From contig JBHLRZ010000012.1 of the NCBI GenBank assembly GCA_048882045.1, positions 1-64,000 on the forward strand: DNA of 64,000 nt, written 5' to 3'. Below are positions 45,401-53,770 of the stretch, piece after piece. The notes under the pieces were generated by a model. The model worked only from the letters and a program-made list of their open reading frames with translations. It had not been told where the DNA came from and made no database searches. Each line of letters opens with the position of its first letter. Positions within the stretch are counted from its first letter, which is position 1. Source of the DNA: Candidatus Thorarchaeota archaeon. GTDB lineage: Archaea > Asgardarchaeota > Thorarchaeia > Thorarchaeales > Thorarchaeaceae. Made by a program: the position numbers and the translations under genes.

Positions 45401-48400
45401 CAATCCTTCTTTATGGTAATCTTCAGTTCTCAAATGGCACTCCAATTGGTTTTCAAACAGTCTACATCCATTGGTTCAATGCTTCTGGAACCTTTGTGTA
45501 CACTAAGACCACAAACGCACTTGGTAACTACTTCATGTTATACAACTGCACTCCTACAAAAGATAATCCCGGTTTAATCGATGTTTACGTCAATTGGACC
45601 TCATGGACCCTCATCTATGACGATGCGTTCAGTTCAGTGTCACCTCAGATACAGCTTCAAAGATACTATCTCGAGATAACAATGACAGAACCATCGCGAG
45701 TACTATATGTTGATGAACAGCTATTCGATTTTGAAGGTATCCTCTCCTATCAGGGTGGTGCACCCCCAATTGTTGGTGAAACGGTATCTATCCAATTCTG
45801 GGATGGCTCTGGTTGGTATGAAATAGACACTCAGACGACGAACTCAACTGGAGGATTTCTTTCATCACTTGGGTTTGTAACATATGATGAAGGTGTCTAC
45901 CTCTTCCGTGTTCAATACATCAGTACGAATCCATTGTACAATGATACAGTTGCATACTGTGATATCACTCGCATCAAGTACCAGGTCAATCTTGAAGTCA
46001 CACTCGACTTCAATCCGGTCTATCAGAATGAAACTCTCACAATACATGCATACCTCTACTTCCCGCATAATGGAACAGCTTTTTCGAATGGAGATGTGGA
46101 TATCTGGTGGGATAACGGTACAGCAGTATATCTTGGGACTATCACAACTGACGGGACTGGCCAGGGAGATCTACCATATTCTGGCATGGATTGGGACACA
46201 GTGCGAACAGGAATCCATGTGTATGGATATTATGCTGGAACTGTATTCTACGGCGCTAATGAGTCATATCACAACATACTGACACTCCAACAATGGTCCA
46301 CTGCAATATTTGGAGTCAATGTCCCTCTGACTGTCTATAGGTTGACGGAAACAGTAGTTGTCACAGGGACACTCGAGTATGATTTAGTTCCTGCTCCCTA
46401 TCCTGGAGCAACAGTCGAACTGACACTCTTCGGTTTTACACAGGCAGTCGACATCACAGACATCAATGGTGATTTCTCAATCAATTGGATCATTCCCGGG
46501 TCGACTACTCCTGGATTCTATGATTTGTTTGTGGAGTTTAACTCACCATATCCGTGGATTGCGAGCTCATCAGCCTCGGTCCCCCAGATTGAAATCATAG
46601 CCCCTGGATATAACTGGCCAGCATTCAACATTGACCCAACAACGGTATACTTGGATCAAGTTTTGACGATTTGGGGCACGGTCACATGGGACAATGGTAC
46701 ACCCTATGCCAACTCTCCAGTGGACTTCTTCTGGGGTGATCCACTAGGAACATATGATACAATACAACTCGATGTGCTAACGGACGGTTCAGGGAACTTC
46801 TACTACGAGTATACAGTTCCAACATTTCCAACATCTATACTTCCACTGACCAGACAGGTATGGGGCTACATTGACCCTGCTGGTTATGCTACATCAGGTA
46901 TCTCCACAGATGACTGGACTGTTTGGGTCACTGTTGACATCATTAGAATCAATCTCGCAACTGCAGTTAACACGACTTCGGTGTATTTGAACCATAATAT
47001 CGAGTTCTCAGGAACACTACAATTTGCAAACGGAACCCCAATGGTTGGCCATGAAGTTGAGATCTGGTGGGATGGCGGGCTCCTCACAACATTGACCATC
47101 AGTGATCCCTTGTTCGGAGCGTACAGTTATATTTACACCGTACCCTGGTCATTTGATCCAGGTGTTGTATCCAGTAACTACGCACTGTTTCGCCCTCCCA
47201 GCCTGTCATATGGGGATTTGGACATTCTAACTCCCTTCAGTGATGTAACAGTCATGGAGCTCGTAGACATAATCATGTATGGACAGACCATTACTACAGT
47301 CAGTCGTGGCGACACATTCACTGTTTCGGGTGAGGTCCGTAACGATGGAAACTTTGCTGTAGAATCTGTCACAGTAGAGGTCCTATATAATGGAACCGGA
47401 ACTCCCTTCACTAGTTTCACAGCCACTGATGGCAGTTATTCAATCTCTGTCCAAGTGCCTGCCATACAAGCTCCTGGCATCTACAATATCAGTGTCCGTG
47501 TCAATTCGCCATATCACAGATTACGGACTGGACCTGATGAATGGTTCATTCAGGTCTTCATAGATTCAATTGTAACTGCTGACATCACTATGATCGCTAG
47601 GATGCCTGGAGAGAATTTTGCTGTTGATATCACACTGTCAGATGACGATGGTAATAACCATGACTTTGAGCAAGTGTCGGTTTATCTAGGTGCTAGGTAT
47701 CTTGGAGATGTGACACTAATCACAGCGGATGGACAGAGATTCCAATTCACTGTTCCCCTTGACTGGGATAGCGGTGATGGGTCCTTCAATGTCACAGTCT
47801 ATTACAATCCTCTTCCTTCTACATTCCTCAATCCCAGTTCGTATATGTCCGCTAATTCGATTCATGTCTTCACTGATGTCACATTCACTGCGACCCCTGA
47901 AAGGGTCGATCCTGGTCAATCATTCTCTATCCAGTGTAGGTTCTTGGATTCAGATGGTATTCCAATTGCTAGACGCACCGTAGAATTACATTTCAATTTC
48001 ACAGACGATTATACACTGGGAACAGATGATAATGGGATGATCACATTTCCTGTTTCTGCTCAGGCGGCAGGGACAATTATACAGTTTTCATTCACGTTTG
48101 TTGGATTTGGAGTTAATAATATTCAGTCTAATACATTCACAATCAATATCGAAACAACAGGTGGTAATCCATTGCAAGGAACAGATTTACTCATAGCAGG
48201 TATCTTACTCTTGGGTGCAGTCATTGCCGTTCTGGCATATCTATACATAGTAAGGGGAATGTTCCGTGGTACCCCAGGAATTTCAAGAGGTATTGACATA
48301 CCCTCCAAGTTGCGAAATATCAAGAAGCTGGCAGACGCTGGGAAGTACGGTGCCTCAATCACTTTGGCGTACCGAACCTTTGAGCAGATGTGCGGCTCAA

Positions 48401-48627
48401 AGATAGGCTCAGAGCGGTCTCATAATGAAACTGCTCGTGAGTACTTGGACAGGGTGCTTCAGACAATTCCACTTGATCTTGGGACCGTTGAACAATTCGT
48501 GCAGACTTACGAAGAGGCTCGCTTCTCTCATCACGAGATGACTCGTGAGAGGTATGAAGAGGCAGTCAGAATATTCACAGATCTATATCCAAGGATCGAT
48601 TCAACCGCACCAATAGAGAAAGAGTAA
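42475..48627 (+). CDS. Giant surface protein: transglutaminase-like domain, many Ig-like repeats, TM and DUF4129-like C-terminus
   Basis: LWRTSSYD, FATAY...MRGLGIPARMVKGY, repeated T...G.F/Y modules and ETAREY...YEEARFS. Likely start is TTG at 42475 after GAGAGGA. Confidence 0.85.
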   Translation: MSTATSTRKRMGLTTLISSLIIVSSLVWAAYNFGLIQFGVVREYPPHYEYDNIPYWPYTNDLTGGRTNWSGNYNQLPLNQTLPPDFLDQLDDTVFVVTPENPGQLWRTSSYDDYDGDTNLWSKSMSGTWDLDDTLQLISYGEATNQIYTIFFYASAGATVGTIELPRIFPDIRVIEDSFQTYSLVDNAYVPDAQSRIESYTLQTDSYDSLLFEPFIIGTTGENVLVSFDLTYEIQDIANVNANAREGPFPVYTEPYRNNAFTPTTRVEDEYNQFLGVGNNVYERAIAVQVYFQSNFDLIIDLNDRPVGQETTDWFIERGGGLPMDFATAYCTYMRGLGIPARMVKGYAMGDADPDPLIDQRTVKIKHLQFWVEVFVPMAGVTPGEWIQIMPIPLPDEYGGGPGIPENTPIPDIELLIWPTSGQPWEQLGDLFNLSTSLTVEGIPVTSGEYLAVYDELDNIPIGSFLVGEQIEYFFPSDATIDYHIFSATWVTPYYQISNTTSVFAVGTPSPLHSPVLTSDFVLSETLELNVSQGVDTHISYWEDTIHVYGTMTVGGVPVNSSNYDNRNIGIYWDNTFWGNASINEYGYYELYIYVDPYDWVEMTVGPHEVWSWYLGDWDGPIPRLNEARSADNSTVAVWGRVGFAMTVVPTDVTAGGTIDYDGVAYFLNGTVLPMGQQVGVFFHSQANATRGLNSTGGFTWSYTIPVSQPDGTYFAYANWSSPWPYIAGNWSQFIPVNVGSSGTHLTIGLDFLPPWDPLYVFETITIEGYLTHVSNGTGIGGRVVEIYWNNGSTFLLGTNVTEADGYYSFTYTILLSDEGPVEFWSSFTSLEPTLASTESVHIFSTVKKYDTSLDPIFVTPDPVVILQRVDIQGILIAPEFPAYLPNEWIDFWYQNSTGIYYIGSVMTNSTGGYLLQYTIPIGQTPDQTVYIWASYTSPYINVYDCESFHEPLWVEATGTLITIQEDFTTYFVNETILLYGNLQFSNGTPIGFQTVYIHWFNASGTFVYTKTTNALGNYFMLYNCTPTKDNPGLIDVYVNWTSWTLIYDDAFSSVSPQIQLQRYYLEITMTEPSRVLYVDEQLFDFEGILSYQGGAPPIVGETVSIQFWDGSGWYEIDTQTTNSTGGFLSSLGFVTYDEGVYLFRVQYISTNPLYNDTVAYCDITRIKYQVNLEVTLDFNPVYQNETLTIHAYLYFPHNGTAFSNGDVDIWWDNGTAVYLGTITTDGTGQGDLPYSGMDWDTVRTGIHVYGYYAGTVFYGANESYHNILTLQQWSTAIFGVNVPLTVYRLTETVVVTGTLEYDLVPAPYPGATVELTLFGFTQAVDITDINGDFSINWIIPGSTTPGFYDLFVEFNSPYPWIASSSASVPQIEIIAPGYNWPAFNIDPTTVYLDQVLTIWGTVTWDNGTPYANSPVDFFWGDPLGTYDTIQLDVLTDGSGNFYYEYTVPTFPTSILPLTRQVWGYIDPAGYATSGISTDDWTVWVTVDIIRINLATAVNTTSVYLNHNIEFSGTLQFANGTPMVGHEVEIWWDGGLLTTLTISDPLFGAYSYIYTVPWSFDPGVVSSNYALFRPPSLSYGDLDILTPFSDVTVMELVDIIMYGQTITTVSRGDTFTVSGEVRNDGNFAVESVTVEVLYNGTGTPFTSFTATDGSYSISVQVPAIQAPGIYNISVRVNSPYHRLRTGPDEWFIQVFIDSIVTADITMIARMPGENFAVDITLSDDDGNNHDFEQVSVYLGARYLGDVTLITADGQRFQFTVPLDWDSGDGSFNVTVYYNPLPSTFLNPSSYMSANSIHVFTDVTFTATPERVDPGQSFSIQCRFLDSDGIPIARRTVELHFNFTDDYTLGTDDNGMITFPVSAQAAGTIIQFSFTFVGFGVNNIQSNTFTINIETTGGNPLQGTDLLIAGILLLGAVIAVLAYLYIVRGMFRGTPGISRGIDIPSKLRNIKKLADAGKYGASITLAYRTFEQMCGSKIGSERSHNETAREYLDRVLQTIPLDLGTVEQFVQTYEEARFSHHEMTRERYEEAVRIFTDLYPRIDSTAPIEKE

Positions 48628-48639
48628 GGAGAGATACAA

Positions 48640-50037
48640 ATGGGCTGGAAAGAGTACGGTCAAGTCATTCTATTCTTATTATCTTGGATGCCAGTGGCCG
48701 TTCTAGTGATTAGCCCAGTAGTTGGGACAACATCCCAGTACGACTACGACTTCTCGATCTACAATAACAGAGATTTTGGTCTTAGCCAGTTTGCCTCCAG
48801 TATCTCTGATACAGGACGAGAGGTCCTATCAATCCAGGCAAGTATGAGCGTTGCAACACGGTATAATGGCTCAGCTGTACTAGCCATCATGGGTCCTGTG
48901 AGAGACTTCACGTTAGATGCCACGTTAGTAATATTCGCGCATCTGATGTCTGGTGGAAGTCTACTCATAGCTGACGACTTTGGGTCTGCGAACTCCTCTA
49001 TGTTATTCCTAAATACAGTCTTTAGCGGACTTACTGGGACTAATACTAGCGGAGGACTACTCACATTTCTGAGAGGAGTACTCTTCGACTTAGACTCCTA
49101 CGATACAACCAAAGAACCGCGACTTCCCATAATCAGAGACCTTAGACCAGGAGCTGATGGTGGTGCCCTGACTGCAGGGATCTCTGAGATCCACCTGAAC
49201 TGGGCTTCAGCGCTCAATCCTTACAGTCTGCTTGGACAGGCAGGGGTCGCGTGGACTACTTCTCGGTCTTGGTGTGAGAAGAACATAAGCGACCCATATC
49301 CAAGTCCTGATTCTGATGAGTTGTATGGAAGTCTCCCAGTAGCAGGAGCTATCGATCTTTCTGTAGGTATCCCTGGAGCTGGTAGAATAGTCGCAGTCAG
49401 TGATCCGAGTATATTCAACAATGATATGTGGCGTCGCTGGCCTGATAACCAGAGGTTTGGTGCAAACATCATTGAGTGGCTCACCCAAGGAGATACATCA
49501 GAACCGGTGTTGTTCTGCGAACAACTCCTTGAGGTTCCACTTTCCGATAGTGAGTTCTTCTTTGGAGTCTACTTGGGTCGAGTCCTCTGGCTCTCTTCAC
49601 TGCCCTATATTTCAGCCATCTATCCTCTTTTCACTGCCCTTGGAATCAGAAAATACCTGCCTGATATCAAAAAACCAGAGGTGAAGAGTGTATCAGATGT
49701 CTTCCTCAGGAAAGGACGGACATACTTCAGCGAGCGGATGGCCTATTATCGGACAGAAGGCAACTACACGCGAGTAGTGAAAATGCTGTATAGACGACTG
49801 AGACGAGGTCTCCGAAAAGCACAGCAATGGACAGAATACAATCCCGAGAAAGTTTGGGAAGTCATGCGTTACAAGGACCACAAACTGAAGCAGGATGATT
49901 TCTTTAGGATGATCAACCGGATTGAGGAAATCTCTTCAAATCCCAATATCAAGATAAAGGAGAGCGAGATGATGGAGCTCTTCTTCTTCATGCGAAATAT
50001 CCAATCACATATGGTAGATACAACAACAAGAAAATGA
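48640..50037 (+). CDS. DUF4350-like (GATase-fold) membrane-anchored protein
   Basis: FSIYN...GLSQF, GGSLLIADDFG and GRIVAVSDPSIFNN motifs. Confidence 0.75.
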   Translation: MGWKEYGQVILFLLSWMPVAVLVISPVVGTTSQYDYDFSIYNNRDFGLSQFASSISDTGREVLSIQASMSVATRYNGSAVLAIMGPVRDFTLDATLVIFAHLMSGGSLLIADDFGSANSSMLFLNTVFSGLTGTNTSGGLLTFLRGVLFDLDSYDTTKEPRLPIIRDLRPGADGGALTAGISEIHLNWASALNPYSLLGQAGVAWTTSRSWCEKNISDPYPSPDSDELYGSLPVAGAIDLSVGIPGAGRIVAVSDPSIFNNDMWRRWPDNQRFGANIIEWLTQGDTSEPVLFCEQLLEVPLSDSEFFFGVYLGRVLWLSSLPYISAIYPLFTALGIRKYLPDIKKPEVKSVSDVFLRKGRTYFSERMAYYRTEGNYTRVVKMLYRRLRRGLRKAQQWTEYNPEKVWEVMRYKDHKLKQDDFFRMINRIEEISSNPNIKIKESEMMELFFFMRNIQSHMVDTTTRK

Positions 50038-50047
50038 GGTAGAAAAA

Positions 50048-51037
50048 ATGACAACAGAAGATGCGAACGACACTGTGATCGAGGACACCTCTGCGACGAT
50101 GTCAATCGATGAGGTCCACAAGATCACGAGTGATATTATTCGAGAATGCGGCCGCATTATCGTTGGAAAGGACGAGGCTCTCAGAGACGTACTGATTGCC
50201 TTTCTCTCAAACGGCCATGTGGTGCTCGAAGGCGTGCCGGGTCTCGCCAAGACCTACATGGCTCGGACCTTTGCATCAATCCTGGGCTGCGCATTCAAAC
50301 GAATCCAGCTCACCGTTGATACTCTCCCAGCAGATCTGCTTGGGAGCAACGTATTCAATCAGCGAACAGGAGAGTTCTGGTTCCGAAAGGGTCCAGTGTT
50401 CTCAAACCTAGTCCTGGCTGATGAAATCAATAGATGTCCTCCAAAGTCACAGAGCGCTTTGCTTGAAGTGATGGAAGAACGTCAGGTTTCGATTGAGGGT
50501 GTTACAAGAAAACTCCCACGACCATTCTTGATCATCGCCACCCAGAATCCAGTAGAACAGGAGGGTACCTATCCTCTTCCTGAGGCACAGCTGGACAGGT
50601 TCATGTTCAGACTGATTCTCGATTATCCCACTGATATGGAAGAGGCAGAAATTGTCCGCCGAAAACACCTGGGTGAAGCTTCTGACCTGAATGTCTTGGC
50701 TGATCCATCTGCGATGGTTCGAATGCAGAACACATGCAGGACAGTATTCATTGAAGAGGATGTCATCAACTACATTCGCGACATTGTAGTCCGAACAAGA
50801 AATGACCCTCAGATCCTACTCGGTGGTTCTCCCAGAGCATCACTAGTGCTCATGAATGCTTCCAAGACACGAGCTGCAATGCATGGTCGTGACTACGTGG
50901 TTCCTGAGGATGTTCGTCGCCTATCAGTTCAGACATTGAATCACCGGCTTGTCCTTAAACCAGAGGCTGAGCTTGAAGGACTGACCGTCGAACGTGTCGT
51001 ATCCAAGATTCTCGGTGAAGTAGACTGTCCCAAGTAG
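50048..51037 (+). CDS. moxR: MoxR-family AAA+ ATPase
   Basis: LEGVPGLAKT, LADEINR and ATQNPVEQEGTYPLPEAQLDRF motifs. Confidence 0.96.
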   Translation: MTTEDANDTVIEDTSATMSIDEVHKITSDIIRECGRIIVGKDEALRDVLIAFLSNGHVVLEGVPGLAKTYMARTFASILGCAFKRIQLTVDTLPADLLGSNVFNQRTGEFWFRKGPVFSNLVLADEINRCPPKSQSALLEVMEERQVSIEGVTRKLPRPFLIIATQNPVEQEGTYPLPEAQLDRFMFRLILDYPTDMEEAEIVRRKHLGEASDLNVLADPSAMVRMQNTCRTVFIEEDVINYIRDIVVRTRNDPQILLGGSPRASLVLMNASKTRAAMHGRDYVVPEDVRRLSVQTLNHRLVLKPEAELEGLTVERVVSKILGEVDCPK

Positions 51038-51062
51038 TCCGGCTAGATGGAGAAGATATAAA

Positions 51063-52385
51063 GTGATAACACAGAGAGGCTTCATGGTAGTCTTCTCAGG
51101 AGTCCTACTATTGACTAGTGGGTTCTCTTTCGTGAATTTCTACCTCGTCCTCCTAGGAGTCTATCTCGTGATTGGTTTAGTCGTCACGTTGCCTCTCTTT
51201 GCACTGACAGCCAATCTAGCTGGCATTGAAGTAGACCGTCAGATCGACAAGATCAAGGTGTTCTCAGGTGACTTCATCCGTGTACGAGTCACAATCAAGA
51301 ATGCATCCAGACGACACTTTGACTTCATTGAGGTTCATGACCAGTATCCAGAAACCTGGATTCTAGCCATTGGAGAGAACTTCATGGCTTCTCGGATTGA
51401 ACCTGGAAGTAGCATGACCTTCTCCTATATTCTCCAAGCAAGGATGCGTGGAAGATATTACTTGGGTCCAACTGAGGTTATCATGCGGGACCGCCTTGGC
51501 CTTCACTATTACAAACGAATACTCAAAGAACAGACGGAGGTTTTAGTGTATCCTACTTGGAAAGATGTCCGACGAATGGAGGCTCTCGGTAAACAGAGAC
51601 AGCTCGGTCTTATGTTCGGTGCTCATCGTACAAAGACAGTCGGAATGGGTACTGACTTTGCAGGTTTCAGAGAGTACGTTCCTGGAGATGAGTTTCGACT
51701 CATCGATTGGAAGGTCAGTGCGAAACGCGGTGATATGGTCATCAAACAGTGGGAGCAGGAGAAAAATGTCCAAGTAATCTGCATGGTGGACAGCAGCGGA
51801 AGCATGGGCAATGGATATCCTGAGAACACAAAGCTGGAATATGCCATCAGAGCTGCTGTACTCCTCACCCATATGGGTCTTGAGCGAAAGGATCTAGTGG
51901 GGACTTGTGTATTCAGCGACCTTGTTCATGGTTATATCCCCCCAGGTGCTCGACCCACTCACTTGTATGATGTTCTAGAGATTCTTGCTATGGCAGAACC
52001 GAGAGGCTGGAGTGACTATGAAACCGCAATCTCTCATGTTGTTTCTCAGAGTAAGAAACGCTCTTTGATTATCTGGATGACTGATCTTGAAGAGAGTCCA
52101 GCTCCACTGATCAACGCCATGAAGACACTCGTGGCAAACGGTCACAAGGCTATGGTGATTAGTCCTTTTGGTCCTTGGTTCGAAGCTCCTGTGGGTCAAT
52201 TCGGACCGGTGGAGAAAGTACTCTCAGAAGCTGTATCTGAGGAGCTCTGGGAGCGAAGAACAAAGATTGCTAGAGCATTGGCTCGTTTTGGCATTCAGGT
52301 GATTAACGTAGGACCTGAGGACTTCTTGCCTACAATCATCAGGACATACGAGAAGGCCAAACAGACGGGGGTGGCAACATTTTGA
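51063..52385 (+). CDS. DUF58 / vWA-domain protein
   Basis: FREYVPGDEFRLIDWKVSAK and MIDAS-like DSSGSM. Confidence 0.92.
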   Translation: MITQRGFMVVFSGVLLLTSGFSFVNFYLVLLGVYLVIGLVVTLPLFALTANLAGIEVDRQIDKIKVFSGDFIRVRVTIKNASRRHFDFIEVHDQYPETWILAIGENFMASRIEPGSSMTFSYILQARMRGRYYLGPTEVIMRDRLGLHYYKRILKEQTEVLVYPTWKDVRRMEALGKQRQLGLMFGAHRTKTVGMGTDFAGFREYVPGDEFRLIDWKVSAKRGDMVIKQWEQEKNVQVICMVDSSGSMGNGYPENTKLEYAIRAAVLLTHMGLERKDLVGTCVFSDLVHGYIPPGARPTHLYDVLEILAMAEPRGWSDYETAISHVVSQSKKRSLIIWMTDLEESPAPLINAMKTLVANGHKAMVISPFGPWFEAPVGQFGPVEKVLSEAVSEELWERRTKIARALARFGIQVINVGPEDFLPTIIRTYEKAKQTGVATF

Positions 52386-53770
52386 AGGCTGTCACTTGGA
52401 TTCTTCGGATTGCATCCATTGCTACCTTCGCAGTAATGGCATACCTCGTATATGCAATACTGGATGTTAATGACTTCTGGCACTGGGACGCTCCCTATGC
52501 ATTCATAGTCACAGTATTTCGTCTCTTGTCTCTCATCATATTTTTCTTGACAACAACGATGATTGCTGGTCTCATCAGTGCTTTTGCTGGAGGAGCAATG
52601 CCAAATGATCTAGTGGTAGGTCTGTACAATACAATCGTTCTGAGAACTTGGTATATGCAACCATATGGCGTGAGTGATCCTCTGACAAATGTTACTCAGG
52701 TATGGGCGTCATTCCAGGCCAACCTTCTGAACTCCCTCTATGCACTCTGGGACAACACCTTTCTCTTCCTGTATTTTCTCTTCGCAGGAATAGGAATTGC
52801 CCTGTTCCTCCAGTCTCTAGTTCGTATGGAACACAAGTTTGTCGGTGGCGCGTTCCTCTCGATTCAAGCAATTGTTATCATTGCTGCATACCGAATGCTT
52901 ATCGTTCCTGATCTGAGTCCTTTTCCAGCTGACTTTGTTGTTTTCATATTTCGACCAGCTCAGTTGCTGGCGCTTGTTTCATTTGCTTATCTAGAAGTCA
53001 GTTATCAGATGATCTATAGCTATTCAGTTGGAAAGCCTGTAGAAGACCGAGAAGAAACCCTGAAGAAACAACTACTTGCCCTTCGCCAAGCTACGAGGAA
53101 GCAAGATGCGATTGAACGTGGTGAGAAAGTAAGCATCACAGGTATGAGTCGTACAACTGGTGCTACTGCATTCTCGTTCCTCAGAGAAGCTATTGAACGT
53201 AAGGTTGTTGGGACTCAAGATGCCCTCGAGAGTCTTGATGCAGTTTCTGATGTTCGCAGACTACAAATCTATGTTGATGAACTACTTCAATCTGACCCAC
53301 GAGCACGAGATGAACTGACAGCAAAGGCTGCAGCCCCCTCATCATCCTATGTTATTGCCTCTACGATAACAGGTTCAATAATCAGATTCCTTACTGTTAT
53401 TGTACTTTCCTTTATTCTCATGAGTCCGAGTGTTGTATCAACCCTCCTCAACCTGCCCCTTGGAATCCAAGATAGTGTTGAACTGTTTCAACCTGAAATT
53501 GTTCTGCTGTTCTTGGTGCCTATAGTGTTACTCTTTCCATTCGCAGCAATGGTCATCAGTTGGTTTTCAAAGCGGGAAGTAATCGAGAAACCCAAGCTCT
53601 CTAAGGAAGAAAAAGAAGCCGAGAAGCAGAGAAAGAAGGATTTGGCTCGGAAGAGGCGTGAGGCTGATAGGGCTCGAAGAGAACGCGCGAGAGCAAGGAA
53701 GAAACGCAGGGGAGATGAAACTGAAGTTGATGAATGGGACAAAGCCCTTGCGGAGAGCTTCAAGCGTTAG
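52382..53770 (+). CDS. Multi-pass membrane protein of the MoxR operon with a basic C-terminal tail
   Basis: 4-bp overlap with DUF58; about 7 hydrophobic segments. Confidence 0.75.
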   Translation: MKAVTWILRIASIATFAVMAYLVYAILDVNDFWHWDAPYAFIVTVFRLLSLIIFFLTTTMIAGLISAFAGGAMPNDLVVGLYNTIVLRTWYMQPYGVSDPLTNVTQVWASFQANLLNSLYALWDNTFLFLYFLFAGIGIALFLQSLVRMEHKFVGGAFLSIQAIVIIAAYRMLIVPDLSPFPADFVVFIFRPAQLLALVSFAYLEVSYQMIYSYSVGKPVEDREETLKKQLLALRQATRKQDAIERGEKVSITGMSRTTGATAFSFLREAIERKVVGTQDALESLDAVSDVRRLQIYVDELLQSDPRARDELTAKAAAPSSSYVIASTITGSIIRFLTVIVLSFILMSPSVVSTLLNLPLGIQDSVELFQPEIVLLFLVPIVLLFPFAAMVISWFSKREVIEKPKLSKEEKEAEKQRKKDLARKRREADRARRERARARKKRRGDETEVDEWDKALAESFKR

